DNA of 62,984 bases, counting the filler, from a bacterium (GTDB taxonomy: Bacteria; JALSQH01), in assembly GCA_026985515.1 (NCBI GenBank). It is 6 parts of 6 records of this genome, joined end to end, with 100 filler letters (N's around TTAATTAATTAA, not from the genome) between each part and the next. Parts side by side here need not be neighbours in the genome. Positions count along the whole stretch, not along the records: positions 17,413 to 34,564 come from JALSQH010000061.1; positions 34,665 to 51,783 come from JALSQH010000062.1; 4 more parts are not named here. The stretch is one strand, 5' to 3'. The notes beneath the pieces are model-generated. The model was not told the DNA's origin. It searched no databases and worked only from the letters and a program-made list of their open reading frames with translations. Of this stretch, positions 29,572-38,399 are shown one piece after another (position 1 is the stretch's first letter; every line of letters begins with the position of its first letter). Both the position numbers and the translations under genes were made by a program.

Positions 29572-32069
29572 GAGTTGATCCTTGTAATGTAGCCCGCAGT
29601 TGCGTCGAGGATTACCTCTTCACCGTCCTTTAATTTTTTCGTGGCATCTTTTACGCCTGCCACGGCAGGTATTTTGAATTCCCTTGCAATTATGGCACCA
29701 TGTGAGAGTAGCCCACCCACCTCAAATATTGCTCCAGATACTTTCCCGATCAGAGAACTCCATGAGGGATCAATGTTGCTCATTACTATTATTTCACCCT
29801 CTTCCACCATAAAAAAATCATCGAGGGAACGAATGATTCTCACTTTTCCCCTCGCGTAACCGGGGCTTATGGTTTCTCCAGTTAAATGTTCCAGATTCCC
29901 TGCCGGGACTTCGAAGGGTTTCCCCCCCAGTATGTAATCTGGCGGTGATTCTGATTGAAAAAATTTTTCTTTCCGCTCTTCAATCTGTTTTACAGGATCA
30001 GTATTTCCGTTGATGATGATTTCTTTTATCTCATCAAAAGTCAAGAAAAATATCTCTTCTCTGTCCCCAAGCACCCCCTCCTCCATCAGTTTCTCAGCAA
30101 TTTTCAGAAGAATTTTCCTGAAGGCAAGGAGGTAAATATCAGCATAGAATCTCATATTCTCCCTCATGGTCAAATAGGTGCGTGATAACCACAGAAACAG
30201 GAGAAAGGGTGGATAGTAGATTATCCTCCATTTAACCCTTTCCTCTTTTGCCCTTTGTTTAAGAATTCTGAGAGTTTCTCCAGTACTTCTCTCTTCGAGT
30301 GGCGGAATTGAGGAAGATTTTATGATTTTAAGGACAAGGATCTCATCCTCTTCCCATCTTGGTATGAGAAGGTCCCTTTCTTCTGAACGGTGACGGTACT
30401 TTCTTATGAAATTTTCCCATTCTCTGGCAAATTCTGGATATTTTTTCTTCATATTTTCCAGTTCCTCAGGTGTGGAAATTTTTTCCCACTCCTCTGGGAG
30501 ATTTTCCCTGATTTTTTTCATTTCTTTCATAAAGGTGGTGTTAATATCACCCTTAAGTCCAGAGAAAAGAATATGAGAGTAGCTTTTTGCAAATTTTCTT
30601 CCAGTCATTTTTTCAAAAATTTTCAATGTCAGGGGAACACCTATGTAGGCGTAGGTTACCCCCCACACCACTATGGAGAGGAACTCCCTAAGTTCTTCTT
30701 CGATTTTATACATGCTTTCCAGAAGTTCGTTTTTCCCTGTCGGAAGCGAGAAGTCGAGCCATTTGAGTGTATTTTCCTCAACGAATTTTTGAAAAATCAG
30801 ATAGTTGCTGTGAAAATACCAGGGAAGCCGTGCCATCAGAAACCTTATCATGGCAACAGGGAGTTTTGCAGGCAGGGGTGAAGAGTTTTTTCTGATTTCT
30901 TCCTTCATTGATGGGGGAAACATTGATAGAAGCTCCTCTGTCAGAGCCCATCGGGGAATTATCCCGAAAGCCTGTTTGAGAAGGTCAAGGTTGATGTATA
31001 TATGGTCGTGAAACAGAGCGATGCCAGGTATATCACTTAATTCTCGCCCCAGAAGTGCTTTAAGTGGTTTTTTTATCATAGAATCTTCAATTGCTTTTCC
31101 AACAAGGGAAAACATAACCGGACTCACCTTCCCCGACCAGAATTCTTCACCCAGGATGCGGGACCAGTGGTATTGACTGAAGTCCTCCCTGTGGGTTATG
31201 GGTCTAGCCTGAAGAATGTATATCTGGTTACAGCAGTAGGTCCACTCAATATCCCTTGGTGAACTGTAGATCTCTTCAATTTTCTTCCCCGTCTGGATAA
31301 GTTCTCTGATAATGTTATGAGGCAGAGGCTTCTTACCCACCTCCATTTTTTTCAGGCCATTTTGATAAAAGATTACCCTGAATTTTTCTGGAATTTTTTG
31401 CTGAATAATCTTTCCCTCATGAGTTACCTCATATCTTCCCGGTTCCACCTCTCCCTGAACAAGAGGAGATGCGATTCCAGGTACATACTCAATTATCATC
31501 CTGCCATTCATCCTGGTGAAGATAACGCCTGAGTATTCACCAGGTATAAATTTTTGCAGGATTATTGCTCCTCTTAAAGTATCTTCACCATATCTCTCCA
31601 TGTGTTGAATGATTCCCTGATTGAAAAAGGATTTGAGGACAGTTTTGATTGCAGCAGTTACTTCTTCCTCTTTTGAATCAACACCCACTACCGATTCACC
31701 CTGTCCCGCCATGGAGAATGCGGAGGTATCTTCATAGAGGATCGAACTTCTCACGGCGATTGTTTTCCATTTCTTGATTATCTTTAGGAGATTTTCCCAT
31801 TCTACTCCCATCAAGGTTTTAAAGTTTATTGAGTCCAGTTTTTCCCTTGCTTTTTCAGAAGCTGAATAATCTCCTCTCCTGATTCTTTCTATAAGATTTT
31901 CCATTTGGGCTGCCTGGAAAACCTTCTGTGTAAAGTTTGTGGTGAGAATGACGGCAGGTGGTACATTTAAACCCTTTCTGTATAAATAAGCGAGGGATGA
32001 GCCCTTACCTCCACTTATTTCTCTCTCTGTGGCTTTTCTATCAGATAAATCAATGATGATTTCTGCCAT
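29562..32069 (-). CDS. PEP-utilising phosphotransferase with rifampin-phosphotransferase-like architecture
   Basis: N-terminal ATP-grasp (GGKG.SL, AVRSS..ED....SMAGQ, DIEW, ILQARPIT); central helical domain; C-terminal His-swivel GGLLSHGAIIAREF.IPAV. Confidence 0.85.
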   Translation of the reverse strand: MAEIIIDLSDRKATEREISGGKGSSLAYLYRKGLNVPPAVILTTNFTQKVFQAAQMENLIERIRRGDYSASEKAREKLDSINFKTLMGVEWENLLKIIKKWKTIAVRSSILYEDTSAFSMAGQGESVVGVDSKEEEVTAAIKTVLKSFFNQGIIQHMERYGEDTLRGAIILQKFIPGEYSGVIFTRMNGRMIIEYVPGIASPLVQGEVEPGRYEVTHEGKIIQQKIPEKFRVIFYQNGLKKMEVGKKPLPHNIIRELIQTGKKIEEIYSSPRDIEWTYCCNQIYILQARPITHREDFSQYHWSRILGEEFWSGKVSPVMFSLVGKAIEDSMIKKPLKALLGRELSDIPGIALFHDHIYINLDLLKQAFGIIPRWALTEELLSMFPPSMKEEIRKNSSPLPAKLPVAMIRFLMARLPWYFHSNYLIFQKFVEENTLKWLDFSLPTGKNELLESMYKIEEELREFLSIVVWGVTYAYIGVPLTLKIFEKMTGRKFAKSYSHILFSGLKGDINTTFMKEMKKIRENLPEEWEKISTPEELENMKKKYPEFAREWENFIRKYRHRSEERDLLIPRWEEDEILVLKIIKSSSIPPLEERSTGETLRILKQRAKEERVKWRIIYYPPFLLFLWLSRTYLTMRENMRFYADIYLLAFRKILLKIAEKLMEEGVLGDREEIFFLTFDEIKEIIINGNTDPVKQIEERKEKFFQSESPPDYILGGKPFEVPAGNLEHLTGETISPGYARGKVRIIRSLDDFFMVEEGEIIVMSNIDPSWSSLIGKVSGAIFEVGGLLSHGAIIAREFKIPAVAGVKDATKKLKDGEEVILDATAGYITRINSQK

Positions 32070-33015
32070 AATTTTTCAACCAGAACTTTTCTAACTTTTT
32101 CCTCTGATAAATCAGGAAGTCCCTTACCTCACTTTTCCATTTGAGGTCGTAGAGTGCACCGTAAATTTCGTCGTAATATATTAGATCACCGGAGATTATC
32201 CATAGTTCTGTGTGATTGGAAAGCAGGAGTTTGACTGTATCGTGGGGGGAAAAATTATCCTTCACTGCCTTCATGTAAAGATCATCTGAAACAATGAATC
32301 CTGAAAAACCCTCTTCCCTCAAAAGCTTTTCCGTGGTGGGTGCAAGGGATGCAGGCAGAACAGGATCAATAAAGTCAAAAGCCACATGAGTTGTCATGAT
32401 AAAATCAAGATTCTGAAAATTTTCTCTGAATGGTGGGAAATACAGCTCCTTCCATTTTTCGTAATTCACATGATCATGTGGCAACATTTGATGAGAATCT
32501 GCCACAACCCCTCCATGACCGGGAAAATGCTTACCACAGGAGAAGATTTGCCTTTCACTGAAGATGCTAATCCACTCTTTCCCGATTTCTTTTACCACTT
32601 CCGGGGAGGATGAAAAAGCTCTGTCTCCTATCACATCACTTTCAACGATTGCAACATCAAGCACAGGTGCAAGGTTGAGATTGAATCCACACTTTCTTAA
32701 TAGATCAGCCATTCTCCCGATTGTCTCCCTGAATTTTTCGGGAGAAGATGAAAATATTTCTGCCATTTCTCTTGCCGGGGGAAATTTTTCAGGCAGTCTG
32801 TTGACCCTGCCACCTTCCTGATCGACTGCGATGAAAACGGGAAATGGAGAGCAAATGGCCTTAAGTTCCTCAATCATCTGAACAAGCTGCTCCCGGTCGT
32901 AGATGTTCTTTTTGAAGATGATCCACCCGGCAGGATTGTAGTTCCTGCAGAATTCTCTTGCGCTTTCAGTATCATATCCCTCAAAACCCAGTATGAACAA
33001 CCTTCCCTCAATCAT
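32050..33015 (-). CDS. nagZ: GH3 beta-N-acetylhexosaminidase
   Basis: DQEGGRVNRL, NLAPVLD, IGDRAF, KHFPGHG....DSH, SDDL.M; start taken at MIEG (33015). Confidence 0.92.
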   Translation of the reverse strand: MIEGRLFILGFEGYDTESAREFCRNYNPAGWIIFKKNIYDREQLVQMIEELKAICSPFPVFIAVDQEGGRVNRLPEKFPPAREMAEIFSSSPEKFRETIGRMADLLRKCGFNLNLAPVLDVAIVESDVIGDRAFSSSPEVVKEIGKEWISIFSERQIFSCGKHFPGHGGVVADSHQMLPHDHVNYEKWKELYFPPFRENFQNLDFIMTTHVAFDFIDPVLPASLAPTTEKLLREEGFSGFIVSDDLYMKAVKDNFSPHDTVKLLLSNHTELWIISGDLIYYDEIYGALYDLKWKSEVRDFLIYQRKKLEKFWLKNYGRNHH

Positions 33016-33070
33016 ACTATAATTTTCTAACAAAAGGGGGAATTATGCAAATGGAAAACCTGATCTTCCC

Positions 33071-33098
33071 TTGACAACTAAAACCTTTTAAATATAAT
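33071..33098 (+). promoter_or_regulatory. Consensus sigma70 promoter of the speD-speE operon
   Basis: TTGACA-N16-TATAAT. Confidence 0.75.
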
Positions 33099-33138
33099 AC
33101 CTAATTACAGTTTCCAGGGAAAGGAGGTGAAGAAAGGT

Positions 33139-33204
33139 ATGCGTGACGGTGAAGCCGACAAGCGTATCTGTTTTTGCGGGCTTTTATACCTTGACAATTG
33201 GTGA
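33139..33204 (+). CDS. Putative leader peptide (MRDGEADKRICFCGLLYLDNW) upstream of speD
   Basis: SD AAGGAGGTGA (33121-33130) 8 nt before the ATG; TGA stop overlaps a GTG in the speD frame. Confidence 0.55.
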   Translation: MRDGEADKRICFCGLLYLDNW

Positions 33205-33650
33205 AAACCCTAACCAGGAGGTATGATGAAGTGAAAAAGGCACTTGGAACCCAGTTGATCGTGGAGCTCTATGGATGTGATCCAAAAACCCTCACCAGCC
33301 GCGATTATGTTGAAAAGGCCCTCCAGGAAGCGGCATTAAAATCTCATGCACATTCAATTGGTTCATTCTTCCATCAATTCCAGCCACATGGTGTTTCTGG
33401 AGTAATCATCATTGAGGAATCCCACTACACAATCCACACATGGCCGGAGAATGGTTACGCTGCAGTGGATCTATTCTACTGCAGTGATGAGGTGGATGTG
33501 GAGAAGGCTCTGGAGGTACTTGAGAAATATTTCAAACCGGAGAAGATGACTCTCTTTGAGTTGAAGAGGGGCGTACTCAGGGAAAAGGAATCGGAATTGC
33601 CTGTGGAATCTGAAAAGGTTACAACAGACTCCAGGGCTGTAATAGCGTAA
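33201..33650 (+). CDS. speD: S-adenosylmethionine decarboxylase proenzyme (prokaryotic class 1B)
   Basis: H.F.P.GVSG.....ESH..IHTWPE.GYAAVD.F.C self-cleavage signature; start at GTG33201 or GTG33231 (own AGGAGG SD). Confidence 0.95.
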   Translation: MKTLTRRYDEVKKALGTQLIVELYGCDPKTLTSRDYVEKALQEAALKSHAHSIGSFFHQFQPHGVSGVIIIEESHYTIHTWPENGYAAVDLFYCSDEVDVEKALEVLEKYFKPEKMTLFELKRGVLREKESELPVESEKVTTDSRAVIA

Positions 33651-33672
33651 GATTCATAAAAAGAGGTTTATT

Positions 33673-34564
33673 ATGGAAAAAAAGTGTCCACCGGTGTGGT
33701 ATGTAGAAACGATGGGGGATAGTTTAAGCTATTTTTACAGGGTTGAGAATTTTGTTTATCAGGGGAAATCTGAGTTTCAGAAGATAGATATAGTTGATAC
33801 ATGTGAATTTGGAAGGGTGCTCTTCCTTGATGAAAAGATTCAATCTGCTGAGATTGATGAGTTTATCTACCATGAGATGCTTGTTCATCCTGCAATGCTT
33901 TTACATCCATCACCTGAAAGAGTTCTCATAATAGGTGGTGGTGAAGGTGCAACATTGAGAGAGGTCCTGCTTCATCCAGATGTAAAAGAAGTCGTGATGG
34001 TTGATATTGATGAGGAACTGGTTTCTGTTTGCAAAAAGTATCTGGAGAAGTGGCACAGAGGAGCCTTTGATGATCCAAGGAGCAGGGTAATTTTTGAAGA
34101 TGCCAGAAAATATGTCTTTGAGACTGACAGGAAGTTTGATGTGGTGATTTCTGACCTCACTGAGCCCCTTGAGGAGGGTCCCTCTGTTTATCTTTTCACG
34201 AAGGAATTCTACTCCCGAATTTTTGATATTCTGACAGATGATGGCATACTTGTAGCTCAATCAGGCAGTGCAGATATCTTTTACTACAATTTGCCCACAA
34301 CCCTTTACAGAACACTTAAAGAAGTTTTCCCCTTTGTGGATATCTATCTTACCTTCATGATGTCTTTCCAGTCGCTCTGGTCCTTTGTCATTGCATCTAA
34401 ATCAAAGCAACCTTCAGATGTAACTGAGGAGGAACTGGAAAAAGAGATTAAGAGAAGAAATTTATCCCTTAAATTTTTCTATCCCGGATTTATCAGAAGC
34501 ATTTTTACTCTCCCTCTCTATCTTCAGGAAGAATTGAAAAAGCCGGGTAAAATAAGTACCGATT
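33673..34564 (+). CDS. speE: Polyamine aminopropyltransferase (spermidine synthase), 3' end cut by gap
   Basis: S.FQ.I, LD...QS...DEFIYHE.LVHP, VLIIGGGEG..LRE, VDID, FDVVISD. Confidence 0.95.
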
Positions 34565-34664
34565 NNNNNNNNNNNNNNNNNNNNNNNNNNNNNNNNNNNN
34601 NNNNNNNNTTAATTAATTAANNNNNNNNNNNNNNNNNNNNNNNNNNNNNNNNNNNNNNNNNNNN
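34565..34664. other. Assembly gap with artificial linker
   Basis: N-run with TTAATTAATTAA. Confidence 0.99.
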
Positions 34665-34665
34665 T

Positions 34666-35586
34666 ATGGTTACTCCCGGACCTCCCCTGCCACTCAGAAG
34701 CGTATCAGGTTTTATCCCTGAGGGTAAGATTCTGATAGGAGAGTTGAGGAGAAGGGGAGTCCCCACAGGAATTGCTTTGAAATTTGCAAGGCTTGTCAGG
34801 GGGAAAGGTATATATAATGTGGCAGGTGACTGGTTCAATGCAGAATGGTTTGAGGAGGAAGTTCCTGTCCATTTTGAGTATTTCAGGAGGGGCAGATTTA
34901 TACTGTTCTGGGAAAAGGGAAAAACTGAAGTGGTCAGGTGTGGCTCTGGGGGGAGGAAGGTTGTATGGGGTACTATTGAAAGTGATAATACTTACTTTTA
35001 CTTCAGGGAGAAACTCCCCCCCTTTGTGGTAAATCAGGTCTGGTATCTCCTGAAAAAGCTTAAAGCAGAGATTCCCCTTCCATCCGGCACAAGGTGGAGT
35101 GTAGTGTATAGAAGAATGGGAAAGTGTCCAGACAGGATACTCCTTTTTCATATATCCTTTCCACAGGGCATTACTTCTTCAATGATTTATTTCCCATACG
35201 GGGGTAACCTGTACTGGAATGAAAGAGGACAATCGATAGAGGAGTGCAATTTACCTCCTGTTCCACTGGAGGGACTCATCTTATACAGGAATGGGAGAGG
35301 TCTCTTTTATTTTCCCTCAGTCATATTTGCCCCATTCAGGGGAGTTGTGGACTCACTTTCCCCCCTCCTGCTTTCAGGTGATGTAGAGATGAAGTGTGTT
35401 GCAGATGGTGAGATTCCCGGTTACCTCGAGAGAGGTTCAGTGGCCAAGTTTACAATTCTCAGGAAAAATGTGAAAAAGTTCAGATGCAGCTGTACCACTG
35501 GAAAGCAGAAAGCTCTTCCTCCCGGTCTCATGAGTAAGTTTTACTCAAATTACCTTTCACTCGAAGCACTTTTACCATTCAATTGA
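34666..35586 (+). CDS. Hypothetical protein, probably 5' truncated; degenerate MepM/M23-like architecture
   Basis: G...SVVY, YWNERGQSI....LPPVP and IFAPFRGVV recall MepM domain 2 and M23 segments, but no HxxxD/HxH zinc ligands are present. Confidence 0.5.
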   Translation: MVTPGPPLPLRSVSGFIPEGKILIGELRRRGVPTGIALKFARLVRGKGIYNVAGDWFNAEWFEEEVPVHFEYFRRGRFILFWEKGKTEVVRCGSGGRKVVWGTIESDNTYFYFREKLPPFVVNQVWYLLKKLKAEIPLPSGTRWSVVYRRMGKCPDRILLFHISFPQGITSSMIYFPYGGNLYWNERGQSIEECNLPPVPLEGLILYRNGRGLFYFPSVIFAPFRGVVDSLSPLLLSGDVEMKCVADGEIPGYLERGSVAKFTILRKNVKKFRCSCTTGKQKALPPGLMSKFYSNYLSLEALLPFN

Positions 35587-36309
35587 TAGTGTTTCTATAA
35601 TCTTTTTCATTTCCTCTGTGTACACCTTCTGTCCCGGATCTGAGTAGATGTAAAGAGGGGGGACAACTTTTACCTCTTCACCCCCCTCCTTTACCCCTTC
35701 ACAAAGAATAAAGTTGGCTTTTTCCCTTTTTGCAGGATAAATGATAAGGAGTTTTTTGGGAGAGATCCTGTACTTTTTCATTGTTAAAATGAGGTGGTCA
35801 AGTCTTTTTGCAGGATAGATAACATAGATTTTCCCTTTCTTTTTCACACCTTTTGAGAGGAATCTGAGGGCAGAATCCAGGTCTCCTGTTATTTCGTGCC
35901 TCGCCTTTTCCTCTACCGGATCTGGATTTCTCTTTCCAGTGCCTATTTTAAAGTATGGAGGATTTGTTATGCCTATATCATATTGCTCTGACTGTATGAG
36001 TTTGAGATTTTTGAAATCTCCATGGATTACTGATCCATCAATATTGTTAATCTGGAGATTGATCTGTGAAAGTTTATACAATTCCTCATCAATTTCAATC
36101 CCTGTGTAGGTAAACTTTTTACCTTTTTTTGTCAGAAACACAGGTATCACACCTTCTCCACTACCAGCTTCAAGAATCTTACTGTTGTTTTTGAGAGACA
36201 CGGCAGATGCAAGCAGGACAGTATCTATTGAAAACCTGTAGCCTTTTTTAAGCTGATAGAAGTAGAGATCCCCCCACCCTGACCTGACATATTTATCCGA
36301 GGATCTCAT
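35572..36309 (-). CDS. tRNA1(Val) A37 N6-methyltransferase-like (TrmM/YfiC family)
   Basis: Q...GYRFSID.VLL, LEAGSGEG, TNPPYF, ARHE, PPLYIY. Confidence 0.88.
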   Translation of the reverse strand: MRSSDKYVRSGWGDLYFYQLKKGYRFSIDTVLLASAVSLKNNSKILEAGSGEGVIPVFLTKKGKKFTYTGIEIDEELYKLSQINLQINNIDGSVIHGDFKNLKLIQSEQYDIGITNPPYFKIGTGKRNPDPVEEKARHEITGDLDSALRFLSKGVKKKGKIYVIYPAKRLDHLILTMKKYRISPKKLLIIYPAKREKANFILCEGVKEGGEEVKVVPPLYIYSDPGQKVYTEEMKKIIETLSIEW

Positions 36310-36655
36310 TGACTGCTTTTTTCATTGCTTCAACAACCGGAGCAATGGAGGTTCCTGGATTCACCACCACTGAAAGAACCATGTCGTCATCGATTTCCTT
36401 TACCAGCAGGCCCCCTTCTGTACCAAGAAGAATAAGGGCCCAGTTCTTTCCCAGGGAAAGTTCTTCCAGAGTCGAGTTGGCAGGATTGAGGGAGGCTGTT
36501 GTCATCGCTCCCAGTTTATCGTTGAATCCCGGGTCATCAAAGGTGGAAACCATGATCAAACCATCCCTGGAAACCACTGCTGAACCTTTAATTCCGTTTA
36601 CCTGATTTAAGTTTTCAAGAATCCCTCTCAAAATCTGAGTATCAAGTATTGCCAT
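36293..36655 (-). CDS. Roadblock/LC7 domain protein (MglB-like)
   Basis: GI.G..VVSRDGLIM and LGAM motifs, 120 aa; GGAGG SD. Confidence 0.85.
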   Translation of the reverse strand: MAILDTQILRGILENLNQVNGIKGSAVVSRDGLIMVSTFDDPGFNDKLGAMTTASLNPANSTLEELSLGKNWALILLGTEGGLLVKEIDDDMVLSVVVNPGTSIAPVVEAMKKAVNEILG

Positions 36656-36671
36656 TCCTTCCTCCTTACCA

Positions 36672-38309
36672 TCACTGTTTTTTTAAATAATACCTGAGTT
36701 CTGGCACTTTTTCAAGTAATTGTGGGAATTTTGTGGCTATTTCCTTAAGTTTTTCATATTTCCCTGTCTTTACCAGAAGCTTCACCAGTTTTCTGGCTAT
36801 TTTCACCCTCTGATAGGGAGAGTATTTCATTGCTCTGAGCCATATTTTGAAGGTTTTATCAATTTCTCCTTTTCTGGCGAAAATGATACCTATATGTTTC
36901 ATCGCCGTAACTTCTGCGGGGTTGTATCTTATAGCGAGTGATAATTTTTCTTCTGCCAGCTCATAGAAGCCCAGCTTCTTGTAAATTAGACCTTCAAGGG
37001 TGAGTGCATTCCAGTTGTAGGGCCAGACTTCCAGGCTCTTTTTAAAGTACTGTAGTGCAACTTTTCTTTTCCCCTCTGACAGGAAGAATTTTCCTGTTCT
37101 GTACATAAATTCACCGTAGGAAAGCAAAACTGAGAGGAAAATGCAGAAAGTCATAAAAGTAAGTGCCGCAGCAGTGAAAGTTTTTGATTTTATCACTCTG
37201 ATTGGTTCTTCAGCAGTTGAGAAGTAGAGTGAAAAGAAAATCAAACCCCCTGCAGGAGTGTGAAAGTTAAAGTCAACCAGAGATTGAAAAAGTGCGGTTA
37301 ACAGTCCCAGGGTGATTACTTTATCTCCAGAACGGAAAAATTTTTTTAACACCTGAAACCAGAGAAAGAGATAAAATAAAATCCCGATAATACCGAAATC
37401 TGCTCCCCAGTAGAGCAGTTCACTGTGGGGGTTGTTTACATAGGTGTGAGAGGTGTAGAGTTGTTTATCAAATTGATATGAGATGTATTCAGGAAAAGTT
37501 TCCTCAAATCTTCCCTCAACCCCAAGTGGATGATGCAGGATAAGTTTTAAGGTATCAATGTAGGTAAAATATCTGAATCTTGCCGAATAATCTTTGAGAG
37601 AGATAATTTTTTTTACCGGCGGAGAGAAGATTAAAGCTATGGAAATGATGGCATATATGAAAATCGAGAGGACCCGGAGTTTTCTATTTCTCAAGGTGAT
37701 AAGAACAAAAAGCAGAGTCCCCCAGAGTGCGAAGAGAAGAGCTCTATTTTTTATTAAGATCAGATAAATTAGGGTAAATGCTGAGGTTAATATCCACAAC
37801 CATTTCTTATCCCTGATTCCGTACCATATAACAGGGATGAGAAGGGGACCAATATAGTGAGCAGAATAATTTGAGAGTCCCATTACTGAGGAAAAATCCC
37901 TGTAACCATAGTTGTCAACAGGAGCAGGGATGATTGAGAAAGCCTGCAGGAGACCCACAACTGAAATAACAAGCAGAGCCCAGATTGAGATTTTTAGAAT
38001 TTTTCCACTCTCAAGCGGAAGTATTGAGAGAATCAGGAAAAGGAAATAGAAGTGGCACAGAAAAGTCTTGTATTTTAAAGGTAGCAGGAATCCGGCTGAG
38101 AGCCACATAAGTATAAGGAAGAGTAATATAGGGGAAGAGACACGGATTGTATATCTCCCATAACTCATCAGAAAAGTCAGACCTGTTAAAATGAGGAGCA
38201 TTTTGATGTGGAAAGATTCTGGGGGAAGTAAGATGATAACTCCCAGAAAGTAGGAGATAAAATAACCGGAATAAATTAATTTAGCCCTGATATCTTGCAT
38301 TGCAGGCAA
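36672..38309 (-). CDS. O-antigen ligase-like membrane protein with C-terminal TPRs; paralog of 13978-16008
   Basis: Multi-TM; NRA, R...Y, HPLG, NPHSE, DFNFH; TPR C-terminus. Confidence 0.8.
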   Translation of the reverse strand: MPAMQDIRAKLIYSGYFISYFLGVIILLPPESFHIKMLLILTGLTFLMSYGRYTIRVSSPILLFLILMWLSAGFLLPLKYKTFLCHFYFLFLILSILPLESGKILKISIWALLVISVVGLLQAFSIIPAPVDNYGYRDFSSVMGLSNYSAHYIGPLLIPVIWYGIRDKKWLWILTSAFTLIYLILIKNRALLFALWGTLLFVLITLRNRKLRVLSIFIYAIISIALIFSPPVKKIISLKDYSARFRYFTYIDTLKLILHHPLGVEGRFEETFPEYISYQFDKQLYTSHTYVNNPHSELLYWGADFGIIGILFYLFLWFQVLKKFFRSGDKVITLGLLTALFQSLVDFNFHTPAGGLIFFSLYFSTAEEPIRVIKSKTFTAAALTFMTFCIFLSVLLSYGEFMYRTGKFFLSEGKRKVALQYFKKSLEVWPYNWNALTLEGLIYKKLGFYELAEEKLSLAIRYNPAEVTAMKHIGIIFARKGEIDKTFKIWLRAMKYSPYQRVKIARKLVKLLVKTGKYEKLKEIATKFPQLLEKVPELRYYLKKQ

Positions 38310-38399
38310 AAAGATATTAAAATTATCACAGCTGTTGCAGGTGTGTGTTTTTTGCTATATTATAGAAGGGAGAGAAGGGGGTGTCAAAGGAGGTGAGTT

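Noticed and set aside
29562..32069. Calling this gene ppsA or a rifampin-resistance gene
   Set aside because: It lacks the C-terminal pyruvate-binding barrel of PpsA, and substrate specificity cannot be read from the sequence
33139..33233. Antizyme-like +1 frameshift from the leader ORF into speD
   Set aside because: speD is in the -1 frame relative to the leader, the +1 frame stops within 8 codons, and no canonical slippery heptamer is evident; translational coupling is simpler
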